Made by a program: the position numbers and the translations under genes. Below the pieces are notes generated by a model. The model saw nothing but the letters and a program-made list of their open reading frames with translations. It searched no databases and was not told where the DNA came from. A DNA stretch of 64,000 nucleotides from a virus. Its lineage: Duplodnaviria > Caudoviricetes. The stretch's first letter is position 1; every line of letters starts with the position of its first letter. The DNA lies in IMG/VR virus record IMGVR_UViG_3300032332_001787, positions 64,001-128,000 of that record; one strand, given 5' to 3'. Below, in pieces: positions 34,439 through 44,414 of this stretch.

Positions 34439-35224
34439 TCATACTTTAATTTGACCATCATCAAAATAAGTTGGAACAACATCCCATCCTTTACAAACCA
34501 TATCTACGCATGTCAAATTTGAATCTGGACCAAACCAAGTAGATGGCATTAAAACTTGTCCTTGTTTTTTAGATAAATAAGCTGACCACCAAGAAAAAGA
34601 AGAATTAGATAAAATAAAATTATTACACATAGATAATATCCATAGTATTTCTAAAGGTTCTGTTTTATCAATAAAAGTAGCATTTTGCAAAGTTATATTT
34701 GATCTGCACCAATCAATATCATCGCTACATATGATGTAAGAATCAGAATGAATAAGGTTTGCACAATAATTTATATACTCTATAGAAATAACTGGATGGA
34801 TATTTGGATAATATAAATAATCTCCACGTCTAACATGTATGGCTGTAGTGTTGTTGGACATTAGATGTTTATTGTTTTTGATAAAATCATCATTGGGTCC
34901 AAACATAGAGCATATTAATGGTCTATGGTGATTGAAATATTTATCTGTTTGACCATATCCAGTTAGAATTAAATTTTTATTTGGAAGAATTTTAATTGGA
35001 TTATAGTTATGGGATACCGAGATGTGAGTGTAGTCTGAAATATCAATATCTAAGTATTGAATATTTTTTAGAATACTATTTTTATATTCATGATAAACAC
35101 CAGGATTATCTTTATGAATAAAAAATTTTAAATTATTATCTATTGAGATAGCTGTACAGTATGCTATTTGAAATAGATTATTCCCCAATCTCCCAGCAAG
35201 ATTACATGTTATTTTATTTGGCAT
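34439..35224 (-). CDS. alpha-1,2-fucosyltransferase (GT11)
   Basis: GRLGNNLFQ, GYGQ..KYF, AIHVRRGDY, SDDI.W, SNSSFSWWSAYL. Confidence 0.9.
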   Translation of the reverse strand: MPNKITCNLAGRLGNNLFQIAYCTAISIDNNLKFFIHKDNPGVYHEYKNSILKNIQYLDIDISDYTHISVSHNYNPIKILPNKNLILTGYGQTDKYFNHHRPLICSMFGPNDDFIKNNKHLMSNNTTAIHVRRGDYLYYPNIHPVISIEYINYCANLIHSDSYIICSDDIDWCRSNITLQNATFIDKTEPLEILWILSMCNNFILSNSSFSWWSAYLSKKQGQVLMPSTWFGPDSNLTCVDMVCKGWDVVPTYFDDGQIKV

Positions 35225-35921
35225 AGTCTGGCAATTCTTGGTAATAATTATTTATAAATTTTGGATCTAAAATAATTTTTCCTTCTTCTTTATTTACCAT
35301 ATTATCTATTTTGTTTAGTATACTATTGCCTGTGCCTAGTCCAGATATATGATAAGTATTCATACCCCACCTATATATCATTGTTGGTTTTAGTGTTGAT
35401 GTATAAATTTTAGCATTATTTTCAAAAGTTATTTCTACATCTTCATTAGATGTTTTATCGGGAAAAGTAATTCTATCTAAGTATTTTTTTGTATAAATAT
35501 TTCCATTATTTATATTATTACTAATTTGAATAAATTTATTATCAGTAAAGAAATAGTGTCCATTAGATCTATAAATCTCATATTCAGGATTGTTCAGTAT
35601 ATCATAGCACGCATTTTGTATAGCCCAAGGACATAATAAATCATCATCATCAAGCCTATAGATATTATCGTATTGACATTGTTTGTAACCAAATTCAAGT
35701 TTAGCTGATAATGACTTGAATCTATTTTTTGTATTTATGATTCTAACGTTACAAGAATAATTTATTGAGTACTCAACAGATACTGAATCATTAATTATTA
35801 CCATCTCACAATCATATTTTGATTCATTTTGAGATAAAAATGAGTAAATAGCTTCTTCAAGAAGACGGTATCTGTGATAAGTTAAAGTTAGTATTGAGAT
35901 CATAAAGTTATACTTATACAA
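35214..35921 (-). CDS. glycosyltransferase family 2
   Basis: ISILTLTY.R, RLDDDD, NED motifs. Confidence 0.85.
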   Translation of the reverse strand: MYKYNFMISILTLTYHRYRLLEEAIYSFLSQNESKYDCEMVIINDSVSVEYSINYSCNVRIINTKNRFKSLSAKLEFGYKQCQYDNIYRLDDDDLLCPWAIQNACYDILNNPEYEIYRSNGHYFFTDNKFIQISNNINNGNIYTKKYLDRITFPDKTSNEDVEITFENNAKIYTSTLKPTMIYRWGMNTYHISGLGTGNSILNKIDNMVNKEEGKIILDPKFINNYYQELPDYAK

Positions 35922-35937
35922 TATTTAATATTATTTT

Positions 35938-35958
35938 TATACACTAATAATGTGTATA
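35938..35958. promoter_or_regulatory. divergent pair of GTGTATA motifs
   Basis: TATACAC (35938-35944, - strand) and GTGTATA (35952-35958, + strand) between divergent genes. Confidence 0.55.
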
Positions 35959-35993
35959 TTGAATTAGTTTATATACTATATAATAGGTAATTT

Positions 35994-36302
35994 ATGTTTG
36001 GATTTTTTAAAAAAATAAGATATGCAACAAGATCTCCTAAATGGGTAAATGTTCGTAAAGAGCATTTAAAGAATTATCCACTATGTGCAGCTTGCGGAAA
36101 AGACTCAAAATTAGAAGTTCATCATAAAATTCCAGTACATATTAGTCCAGAACTTGAATTAGAACCTTCTAATTTAGTTACATTATGTGCTGATCCTTGT
36201 CATATTATATTTGGTCATTTAATGAATTTTAAAAGTTACAATAAAAATGTGGTCGAAGACTCTATGGTGTATTTAGATAAGGTAAAAAATCGACCAAAAT
36301 AG
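35994..36302 (+). CDS. HNH endonuclease
   Basis: CAACG...LEVHHKIP...NLVTLC...CHIIFGH. Confidence 0.88.
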   Translation: MFGFFKKIRYATRSPKWVNVRKEHLKNYPLCAACGKDSKLEVHHKIPVHISPELELEPSNLVTLCADPCHIIFGHLMNFKSYNKNVVEDSMVYLDKVKNRPK

Positions 36303-36334
36303 AATGTCGTATATTTTGCCCAAGGAGTACTATA

Positions 36335-37093
36335 ATGAAGATACTCACTTTTTTTATGGGCTTATTACTAATTATTAATTCAACAGCAATATCTGGAACA
36401 ATAGATCCAGCAGTGCCTGATGAAAAATATATCGAATATGGATCAAAATTTGACCATACCGGAGAAATAGTTTGTTATGATAGTCAGGGTATGTCTGTTG
36501 GTTCTGGTGTTGTATACAGACCTCATTGGGTGATTACTGCTGCTCATGTAGTTAACCAAATGACTAATCATTCTTTTGTGTTAGATGGGAAGAAATATAA
36601 AATTACTCAAATTATTTGTCACCCTGAGTATAGAGAAAATTTATGGGGATATCATGATATAGCTCTTTGTTTTATTGAAGAAAATATTGATATAAATAAA
36701 TATCCAGAATTATATGAAGATTCGGACGAAGCTGGTAAGGTATGCGCTATAACTGGAATGGGTTTCACTGGTAATTTTAACACAGGCGTAAAGATCAAAG
36801 ACTACAAAAAAAGAGCAGGATCAAACATAGTCGATAAAACAGAAAGAAATACTTTAGTCTGCTCTCCTTCGCGGCCCGGTCAAAAAAGTACAGAGCTTGA
36901 ATATCTAATTGCTTCTGGAGATAGTGGAGGTGGTTTATTTATTAATCATAAATTAGCTGGAATAAATTCTTCTGTAATGGCAGTAGATGGGAAACCGAAT
37001 TCTAATTATGGAGACGAGAGTTCTCATACAAGAATTAGTTTATATAGTAGTTGGATCAAAAAAGAAACTGGAATCTTAAATGAAAAAAAATAA
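36335..37093 (+). CDS. trypsin-like (S1) serine protease with signal peptide
   Basis: ITAAHV, HDIAL, GDSGGG triad. Confidence 0.93.
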   Translation: MKILTFFMGLLLIINSTAISGTIDPAVPDEKYIEYGSKFDHTGEIVCYDSQGMSVGSGVVYRPHWVITAAHVVNQMTNHSFVLDGKKYKITQIICHPEYRENLWGYHDIALCFIEENIDINKYPELYEDSDEAGKVCAITGMGFTGNFNTGVKIKDYKKRAGSNIVDKTERNTLVCSPSRPGQKSTELEYLIASGDSGGGLFINHKLAGINSSVMAVDGKPNSNYGDESSHTRISLYSSWIKKETGILNEKK

Positions 37094-38012
37094 AAATAAC
37101 TGTAAATTATTACCACATATTAGAACAGATTTGTATGGCTTATCTCCTGATAGTATGCAATTTTTTAGTTGGCCTATTAAAAAATTTGATGTAGAAAAAC
37201 AATGGAATCATTCTCAAGGAGAAGGCGTTACAGTAGCGGTGATAGATACTGGTTGTGACGTAAATCATGAAGATTTAAAAGATAATATTATTGATGGATA
37301 CAATTTTATAAATCCAGGCAAAGATCCTGTAGATGAGAATGGTCATGGTACACATGTTTCAGCTACAATAGCAGCCATAAATAATGGCATAGGAATGGTA
37401 GGAATTGCTCCAAGGTCGAAAATCATGCCTGTTAAAGTGCTGGGTGCTGACGGAGCAGGTAGTAATATAAATGTCGCAAACGGCATTGTGTGGGCTGCTG
37501 ACAACGGAGCAGACATCATAACCATGTCTCTTGGTTCGGAAAATCCATGTGATCAGATAGCGCAAGCTATAGAATATGCAAAAAACAAAGAGTCTATTAT
37601 TTTTTGTGCTGCTGGAAATAGTGGAATAGAATCAGGTATAATGTATCCAGCTAAATATAATCATACAATTAGCATTGGTGCCATAGACGAAAACTTAAAT
37701 ATTTGTGAATTCAGTTGTTGCGGAGATGAGCTTGATTTCTTAGCGCCCGGCCATAATATAGTTAGTGCAGTGCCTAACAATAAATATGCTTCGATGACTG
37801 GAACCAGCATGGCTAACCCATTTGCGGTGGGGTGTGCCGCTTTATTTTTATCATATGCTAGAAAAATTAAATTCTCTTCGTTAGACAATATGTTAAGAAA
37901 TACAGAAGACTATATTTCTATTTTTGCAAAAAAATCTTTGAAACTGAAAGATAAAAAATACTCTGGCAATAAAAAATACGAGGGGTATGGTATAATCAGA
38001 CCCGTGCTCTAA
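37080..38012 (+). CDS. subtilisin-like (S8) serine protease
   Basis: VAVIDTG, GHGTHV, AAGN, GTSMANP. Confidence 0.95.
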   Translation: MKKNKNNCKLLPHIRTDLYGLSPDSMQFFSWPIKKFDVEKQWNHSQGEGVTVAVIDTGCDVNHEDLKDNIIDGYNFINPGKDPVDENGHGTHVSATIAAINNGIGMVGIAPRSKIMPVKVLGADGAGSNINVANGIVWAADNGADIITMSLGSENPCDQIAQAIEYAKNKESIIFCAAGNSGIESGIMYPAKYNHTISIGAIDENLNICEFSCCGDELDFLAPGHNIVSAVPNNKYASMTGTSMANPFAVGCAALFLSYARKIKFSSLDNMLRNTEDYISIFAKKSLKLKDKKYSGNKKYEGYGIIRPVL

Positions 38013-38096
38013 GAATATTATTAACCCAACCCCTGCATAATACATATGTTTTTTCATAGAATCTGTCAAGTTTTAGAAATTGCAATCCTTTCACAC

Positions 38097-38125
38097 TTGA
38101 CTTCCACTTTCTTGGATTGTACTAT
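38097..38125 (+). promoter_or_regulatory. sigma70-type promoter
   Basis: TTGACT-N17-TACTAT. Confidence 0.55.
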
Positions 38126-38146
38126 AGAAGACGAGGTGTTTTAGCA

Positions 38147-38335
38147 ATGTCCGATCCAGATTTTGAAAATCGTAAAACTTCCAGGAGACAAAGTCTCCAA
38201 CAGAAGTTGTCTATGAGACATAATGACAATAATGATGTTCGCGACCTAAAAAAACTCAAAAAAGAGTTTAAAAGAAACAAGGAATCTTTAAGACAGGAAG
38301 AATTATGGGACGATTGGGAAGATGAAATATCTTGA
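38147..38335 (+). CDS. small basic hypothetical protein
   Basis: GAGGTG RBS, ATG 38147. Confidence 0.6.
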   Translation: MSDPDFENRKTSRRQSLQQKLSMRHNDNNDVRDLKKLKKEFKRNKESLRQEELWDDWEDEIS

Positions 38336-38585
38336 AGAATTAAATCCTGGCGACTTATTTTTGTGGAATAATGATAAATTTATTTTAACCACAGATTTTA
38401 AGCAAAGCAAAGAAGATAAATCTAAAAAAATGGCCATAAATATACAGAATGGCTTTGTTCAATGGATTATAGAAGATGCTATAGTTGAAGACTTGGATCT
38501 TTATTATCGTGATAAGGATGCTAATATAGTAGCTTTAAAGGAAAGAAAAAATGAATATACAGAGAAAAATAATAACTTTCCTTAA
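38322..38585 (+). CDS. hypothetical protein
   Basis: ORF. Confidence 0.65.
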   Translation: MKYLEELNPGDLFLWNNDKFILTTDFKQSKEDKSKKMAINIQNGFVQWIIEDAIVEDLDLYYRDKDANIVALKERKNEYTEKNNNFP

Positions 38586-38835
38586 ATCTTTAGCGTTTCA
38601 TGTTTGGGGTGGCTTCCCTAAATCCACACAGACAGAGATTGATAGTAGATTGAACATTTGCAAGAACTGTGAAATGTTTGATAATACTCATAGTCAGTGT
38701 CTCGTGTGCGGGTGTAATTTAAGTTCTAAAAAAATATTCATGAACAAATTAGCCTGGGCCGACCAAAAATGCCCTCTAGACAAGTGGGGTGCAATAAATA
38801 GGAGTAAAAATGCAACAGCAAACAACAACAAATAA
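38551..38835 (+). CDS. Cys-rich zinc-binding hypothetical protein
   Basis: RLNICKNC...CLVCGC...CPLDKW. Confidence 0.75.
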   Translation: MNIQRKIITFLKSLAFHVWGGFPKSTQTEIDSRLNICKNCEMFDNTHSQCLVCGCNLSSKKIFMNKLAWADQKCPLDKWGAINRSKNATANNNK

Positions 38836-39361
38836 TACATATCAAAATACTTTTCATACTATTAAGAATAGAAATATTTTTAGTTCAATAGTTGATAGGA
38901 TTAAATCTGAACAGAATGGAGCTACGATAATAGTCCCCCATGTTTGCAATAATGTTAACGCTTTTGGTGCTGGTTTTGCTGGTCAAGTAGCAGATCTTTA
39001 TCCAGAAGTAAAAGCTAATTTCCATATGCTTGGACAAAAGGCTAAACTCGGACATGTCCAGTTCATTAACGTTAGGTCAGATAAAAAATATAGACATAGT
39101 ATTATATTTGCAAATATGATAGCTCAGAATAAACTTATTAATGCCAATAATAAACGACCCCTCAACTATGCTGCGCTAGCATATTCTATGAATGAAGTCA
39201 AGTCTTTTGTAAAAAAATTACAATCAAACAACGAAACTAACAAAGTAGAAATACATGCACCAAAATTTGGTAGCGGATTAGCCGGAGGTAATTGGAATTT
39301 CATTTCTGAATTAATTAATGACGTTTGGTATGATTTGCAGGTTTATATTTATTTACAATAG
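38810..39361 (+). CDS. macro domain protein (ADP-ribosyl hydrolase-like)
   Basis: HVCN...FGAGFA, ANMIAQ, HAPKFGSGLAGGNW. Confidence 0.85.
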   Translation: MQQQTTTNNTYQNTFHTIKNRNIFSSIVDRIKSEQNGATIIVPHVCNNVNAFGAGFAGQVADLYPEVKANFHMLGQKAKLGHVQFINVRSDKKYRHSIIFANMIAQNKLINANNKRPLNYAALAYSMNEVKSFVKKLQSNNETNKVEIHAPKFGSGLAGGNWNFISELINDVWYDLQVYIYLQ

Positions 39362-39474
39362 AATTGGAGACTATATTATGTACTATTGTGCTCTTTGGAT
39401 TATGCTTATTTTGGGTGTTATTAAGGGCTTAAATAATTTATACGGATTTAACAGGAATTAAAACTAATTTTTCT

Positions 39475-40005
39475 ATGAATAGATTACGAAATCAACGAGT
39501 ATATTTAGCTGGTGCTATGGATAGAGTTGCCGATAGAGGAGCAACATGGAGAGATAATATTACTCCTTTTTTAATACAAATGAGCATAGAAGTTTTTAAT
39601 CCTATTACTAAGCCAACTAATATTGGATTAGAAGATAGAGATGTTCATAATATTAAAACAAAACTAAAAGAAAAAGGAGACTATGATGAACTCACTAATA
39701 TGATGAAAACAATCAGACGAGTAGACTTAAGGCTCGTTGATATTAGTGATTTTTTAATTGTTAACCTAAATTTAGACACTCATCCATGCGGAACATACGA
39801 AGAAATTTTTCTAGCTAATAGGTCAAAAAAACCCATATTAGTACATGTAGAACAAGGCAAAAATAATGCTCCAGATTGGCTATTCGGTACTATTCCTCAT
39901 CAAATGATTTTTTCAGCTTGGGATGAAATCAAAGAATATTTGCAACATATTAATAGTCATGAAAATATAGACACTCACCGAAGATGGCAATTCTTTTTTG
40001 TATAA
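39475..40005 (+). CDS. nucleoside 2-deoxyribosyltransferase-like protein
   Basis: VYLAGAM, WR, FNP, DL..VDISD, GTYEE. Confidence 0.75.
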   Translation: MNRLRNQRVYLAGAMDRVADRGATWRDNITPFLIQMSIEVFNPITKPTNIGLEDRDVHNIKTKLKEKGDYDELTNMMKTIRRVDLRLVDISDFLIVNLNLDTHPCGTYEEIFLANRSKKPILVHVEQGKNNAPDWLFGTIPHQMIFSAWDEIKEYLQHINSHENIDTHRRWQFFFV

Positions 40006-40213
40006 ACATACAATGGCTAAATATTACGTATCTTCTGGCCAGATTAAGCATGTTATTAATAGAAAAACTCACTCATCTGCTATAATAGATACATTAAAAT
40101 ATTATAGAGGAAAAGGATTAATGACAGCTCTCAAGATATGCATAAGCGAATCTGGTTGGACTAGAGGACAGATATGCTATGATATTGATTTTTTCTTGAA
40201 GGATATTACATGA
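39998..40213 (+). CDS. hypothetical protein
   Basis: ORF. Confidence 0.6.
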   Translation: MYKHTMAKYYVSSGQIKHVINRKTHSSAIIDTLKYYRGKGLMTALKICISESGWTRGQICYDIDFFLKDIT

Positions 40214-40671
40214 AACACACAGTAAGGCCCGATGACACAAAAAAATTAGATTATATACCTCCAAATAAAGTCATTATTGGAGACTCTAAAATTCAGGGCA
40301 GAGGGGTTTTTTCTTTAGTTGATATTAAGAAAGGTGAAATTATAGAAAGATGTCCATTGATAGAAATGGAATATAGATCCAAATATCAATTAGATCCTAC
40401 TATTTTTGCATACTTATATGCTCAACCTCCATGCGATTGCGAAGAATGTACTAAACATGGATTTATTCTTAATATGGCGTTAGGATATGGGATGATGTAC
40501 AATCATCAAGATAGTCCAAATGCTTTATGGAAATTTAATTATACTCAGTCTCTTGGAGACGTAATAGCCATAAAAGATATCAAAGCAAATGAAGAAATTT
40601 TTGTTAGTTATGGTAATTGTTATTTCAATAGTAAAGACATAAGTACAGGAATAGAACAGGTAAAAGCATAA
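40210..40671 (+). CDS. SET domain protein 1
   Basis: SKIQGRGVF, YNHQDSPN, IKANEEIFVSYG. Confidence 0.9.
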   Translation: MKHTVRPDDTKKLDYIPPNKVIIGDSKIQGRGVFSLVDIKKGEIIERCPLIEMEYRSKYQLDPTIFAYLYAQPPCDCEECTKHGFILNMALGYGMMYNHQDSPNALWKFNYTQSLGDVIAIKDIKANEEIFVSYGNCYFNSKDISTGIEQVKA

Positions 40672-40673
40672 TT

Positions 40674-41138
40674 ATGTTAGACGAAAAAAATATAGAAACA
40701 ATATCTGATGTAGAATTTTATTCACCATCTAAAATTATTATTAAACCATCTACTATACATGGAAGAGGAGTTTTTTCTACTCAAAATATCTTAGAAGGAG
40801 AACTAGTAGAAAGATGCCCCATGGTACCTCTAGGTTTTAGGTCTAGATATCATAGTGATCCTCAAATATATAACTATTTATATAGCCAACCTCTTTGTGA
40901 TTGTAGAGAGTGTGCTTTGCATGGGTTTTTCTTCCATATGATATTAGGATATGGCATGCTTTACAATCATCAAGATGATGCTAATACAACATGGAAGTTT
41001 GACTACAATAAATCTTTTGCTGATGTTATCGCTAATAGAGACATAGAATCAGGTAGTGAAATTTTTGTAGATTATGGTGTGAAATACTTTTACAACAAAG
41101 AAAAAATAGAACGAGATCATGCAAAAAATAATCAATGA
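40674..41138 (+). CDS. SET domain protein 2
   Basis: STIHGRGVF, YNHQDDAN, IESGSEIFVDYG. Confidence 0.9.
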   Translation: MLDEKNIETISDVEFYSPSKIIIKPSTIHGRGVFSTQNILEGELVERCPMVPLGFRSRYHSDPQIYNYLYSQPLCDCRECALHGFFFHMILGYGMLYNHQDDANTTWKFDYNKSFADVIANRDIESGSEIFVDYGVKYFYNKEKIERDHAKNNQ

Positions 41139-42246
41139 ACTGAAATTAGATTTTGATGACGTACTGATTAGACCCAAAAGATCCACACTATCAAGCAGAT
41201 CTGAGGTTTCTTTGATCAGAGACTTTCATTTCAAACATTCACTAAGAAAGTTTTCTGCTGTTCCTGTTATTGTAGCTAATATGGATACTACTGGCACTTT
41301 TGATATGGCTAATGTTGTTTGTGAACAACAAGGCATGGTCGCATTACATAAGCACTATAAACCAGATCAACTGGTTGAATATTATTGCAATAGCACTAAT
41401 GATCATAAAGAATTAACATTTTACTCTACCGGAACTTCATCTTCTGATATTGAAAAACTTACTTATGTATTTAATGCGATCAAGTCTAGAAAATGTTTAT
41501 TACCAAATATTTGCGTCGATGTGGCTAATGGATACAGTGAAAAATTTGTAAAAACAGTATCTCATATACGAAAACTATATGAAGAAATTATTATTATGGC
41601 AGGAAATGTCGTAACTCCGGAAATGGTAGAGGAATTAATTCTTCATGGAAAAGTAGATATTGTTAAGGTTGGTATAGGACCAGGATCTGTTTGTACAACC
41701 AGATTAAAAACTGGAGTCGGATATCCTCAGATATCTGCTTGTTTAGAGTGTTCTGATGCTGCTCATGGTCATGGAGGACATATATGCGGAGATGGAGGAT
41801 GTAAAAACGTTGGAGATATTTGCAAGATTTTTGGAACTAATGCAGATTTTGTAATGGTTGGTGGACTTTTTGCTGGTTGCGAAGAAAATGAAGGAGAATG
41901 GCAATATGAGTATCAAGCTGGATTTGGCGTAGGATTAGCTGAGCCGTTTTGGCAACCATTTTATCCTGGTCATGATGGACCAAAAAGAAAAACAAAACTC
42001 AAATTTTATGGTATGAGTAGTAAAGAAGCTATGAATAAACACCATAATGGAGTAGCTGATTATAGAACTAGCGAAGGTAAATGCGTAGAAATACCATACA
42101 AAGGTCCTGTTAAAAATATTATATCTGATATTTTTGGTGGTTTACGAAGTGCTTGTACCTATATAGGAGCATCAAAAATAAAAGACTTTGGCAAAAAAAC
42201 TACTTTTATACAAGTTAATAACACACACAATAAGGTTTTTGAATGA
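41119..42246 (+). CDS. guaC: GMP reductase
   Basis: LKLDFDDVLIRPKRS, ANMDT, DVANGYS, KVGIGPGSVCTTR, GGLRSACTY. Confidence 0.93.
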   Translation: MQKIINELKLDFDDVLIRPKRSTLSSRSEVSLIRDFHFKHSLRKFSAVPVIVANMDTTGTFDMANVVCEQQGMVALHKHYKPDQLVEYYCNSTNDHKELTFYSTGTSSSDIEKLTYVFNAIKSRKCLLPNICVDVANGYSEKFVKTVSHIRKLYEEIIIMAGNVVTPEMVEELILHGKVDIVKVGIGPGSVCTTRLKTGVGYPQISACLECSDAAHGHGGHICGDGGCKNVGDICKIFGTNADFVMVGGLFAGCEENEGEWQYEYQAGFGVGLAEPFWQPFYPGHDGPKRKTKLKFYGMSSKEAMNKHHNGVADYRTSEGKCVEIPYKGPVKNIISDIFGGLRSACTYIGASKIKDFGKKTTFIQVNNTHNKVFE

Positions 42247-43301
42247 ACATTAATTTATATGCTCCAATAGGCGTCACTGGATATGGTAATGTTGCTGTTA
42301 ATCTTCTTAAGGAACTAAATAAAACAGAAAATGTATGCCTATCTCCTATTGGAACACCTAGACCAGAAACACAAGAAGATGCAAATATTATAGAGGAGTG
42401 TTTAAATAAACAATCAATAATAGATTACAATTCAGTTTGTGTTAAAATTTGGCATCAATTCGATTTAATAACCAAGGCAGGAAATGGTAAATATTTTGCT
42501 TATCCATTTTTTGAACTTGACACTTTTAATGATCGAGAAAAACACCATCTATTATTTCCAGATGAACTTATTGTTAGTTGTGAATGGGCTAAAAATATTC
42601 TTGTTAATCACAATATAAAACAAAAAATATCTACAGTTCCTTTGGGCATTGATCCAAAAATTTTCTATCCGATACAAAGAGATAGTAAATTACCTAACTA
42701 TATTTTTCTCACTATTGGCAAATGGGAAATAAGGAAATCCCATGATGTTATTATAGAATGTTTTAGTAAAGCTTTTAATGAAACAGATAACGTTGAGCTA
42801 TGGATGATAACCAACAACCCGTTTCTGAATCAAGAACAAGAGAATGAATGGTTAATGATGGTTCAACAGTCTAAATTAAGAGATAAAATTAAAGTCTTCC
42901 CAAGGCTTGCTACACAAGAAAATATTGCTGAAGCCATATCATATTCAGATTGTGGAATTTATATTTCTAGAGCAGAGGGGTGGAATCTTGAATTACTGGA
43001 AACTATGGCAATGAACAAACCAGTTATAGCAACAAACTACTCTGCCCATACAGAATATTGTAATTCTAATAATAGTTATTTAGTTGATATTAATACTACC
43101 GAAAAAGCTATTGATAATAAATGGTTTCATGGAACTGGTAATTGGGCTAAAATAGACGATATCGCAAAAGACCAAATTATTGACTATATGAAATATGTGT
43201 ATACTAATAATATTAACACTAACCAACACGGACTTGAAACAGCACAAAAATTTACTTGGGAAAATTCGGCTAAAGCTTTATTAAGGTGTATAAATAAATA
43301 G
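42243..43301 (+). CDS. glycosyltransferase family 4 (GT-B)
   Basis: GKWEIRK, SRAEGWNLELLETMAM.KPVIAT, FTWENSA. Confidence 0.88.
   Translation: MNINLYAPIGVTGYGNVAVNLLKELNKTENVCLSPIGTPRPETQEDANIIEECLNKQSIIDYNSVCVKIWHQFDLITKAGNGKYFAYPFFELDTFNDREKHHLLFPDELIVSCEWAKNILVNHNIKQKISTVPLGIDPKIFYPIQRDSKLPNYIFLTIGKWEIRKSHDVIIECFSKAFNETDNVELWMITNNPFLNQEQENEWLMMVQQSKLRDKIKVFPRLATQENIAEAISYSDCGIYISRAEGWNLELLETMAMNKPVIATNYSAHTEYCNSNNSYLVDINTTEKAIDNKWFHGTGNWAKIDDIAKDQIIDYMKYVYTNNINTNQHGLETAQKFTWENSAKALLRCINK
43285..43292 (+). promoter_or_regulatory. putative phage-specific promoter motif GTGTATW
   Basis: GGTGTATA(AATA) 29 nt upstream of ATG 43321. Confidence 0.5.
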
Positions 43302-43320
43302 ATCCAGGAGATACTATATA

Positions 43321-43854
43321 ATGCCCATTCCACAACCACATAAAAATGAAGATAAAGAACATTTCGTTTCTCGTTGTATGAGTGACGAAGTTATGAAAAA
43401 AGACTATAAAGATGGTAAACAGAGAGTTGCTGTTTGTCTTCAACAAACTAAAAGCTCTTTAATAGAAGAAGTACAATTAAATTTAGCATATAGACAACAT
43501 GAATACGATGATAATTGGGATGAATGGGTTGTAGAAGTTGAACCAGATGTTATTTTTGATGAAGATGAGAGTTTAATTGCCGCAGAAAATGCAACTAAGA
43601 AAAAAGTTAAACTCAATAAGCCTTTTAGAACTCCAAGTGGACCCAAAAAATTTAGCGTTTATGTCAAAAATGACAAAGGCAATATTGTAAAAGTAAATTT
43701 TGGCGATCCAAATATGGAAATTAAAAGAGATGACCCAGAACGCAGAAAATCTTACAGAGCAAGACACAACTGCGATAATCCTGGCCCCAAATGGAAAGCC
43801 GAGTACTGGTCTTGCAAAATGTGGTCAAAAACTAACGTGAGTGATTTAACATAG
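43321..43854 (+). CDS. conserved phage hypothetical protein
   Basis: MPIPQP...FVSRCM; KFSVYV...VNFG...RKSYRARH.C...YWSCKMW. Confidence 0.75.
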   Translation: MPIPQPHKNEDKEHFVSRCMSDEVMKKDYKDGKQRVAVCLQQTKSSLIEEVQLNLAYRQHEYDDNWDEWVVEVEPDVIFDEDESLIAAENATKKKVKLNKPFRTPSGPKKFSVYVKNDKGNIVKVNFGDPNMEIKRDDPERRKSYRARHNCDNPGPKWKAEYWSCKMWSKTNVSDLT

Positions 43855-43863
43855 GAGACTGAA

Positions 43864-44400
43864 ATGTCAGAGAAAAAAACTATTGATCAACTACTTAATG
43901 AACAAAATCAAACAAAGGCTCAACAAGTCGAAGGATATACCTCAGACACTGTTATAGAACTAATAAAAAAATCACTCAATATTCACTGGCAACAAACCAC
44001 TGTTTTAACAGCCCAAGCAGAACATCTTCAAAGGTGGGGTTATAAGAAATTAGCAGCAATTATTAAAGAAGATGCTATTCAAGAACAAACACATGCTGCA
44101 ATTAATATTAAAAGATTAGAATTTTTTGATGCTGATTATCAACCATTAGTACTAAATCCTCCCGTTTGGAAAAGACATGATATGGTTGCGATGATTAATT
44201 ATAACCTCGCCTCAGTAAGAGAAGCATCAGCAGCAGAGAGAGCAACAATAGTTGCTGCAAGAGCAGTAGGGGATGAGATAACTGCTAACATGTTTATTGA
44301 GCTATTAGAAGGTAGTGAAGATGGTATCATTCTCTATGAGGGTTTTTTAAAGTTGATCGAACAAATGGGTATAGATAATTTCTTAACACTACAAGTTTAA
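43864..44400 (+). CDS. ferritin/bacterioferritin-like protein
   Basis: four-helix pattern; WGYKKLA...EQTHA...RLEF; D.ITANMF..LL..SE. Confidence 0.7.
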   Translation: MSEKKTIDQLLNEQNQTKAQQVEGYTSDTVIELIKKSLNIHWQQTTVLTAQAEHLQRWGYKKLAAIIKEDAIQEQTHAAINIKRLEFFDADYQPLVLNPPVWKRHDMVAMINYNLASVREASAAERATIVAARAVGDEITANMFIELLEGSEDGIILYEGFLKLIEQMGIDNFLTLQV

Positions 44401-44414
44401 TAAGGATATTTATA

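Noticed and set aside
35994-36302. HNH as TasH-like partner of an array
   Set aside because: 102-aa stand-alone HNH with no Nop region and no adjacent repeat structure.
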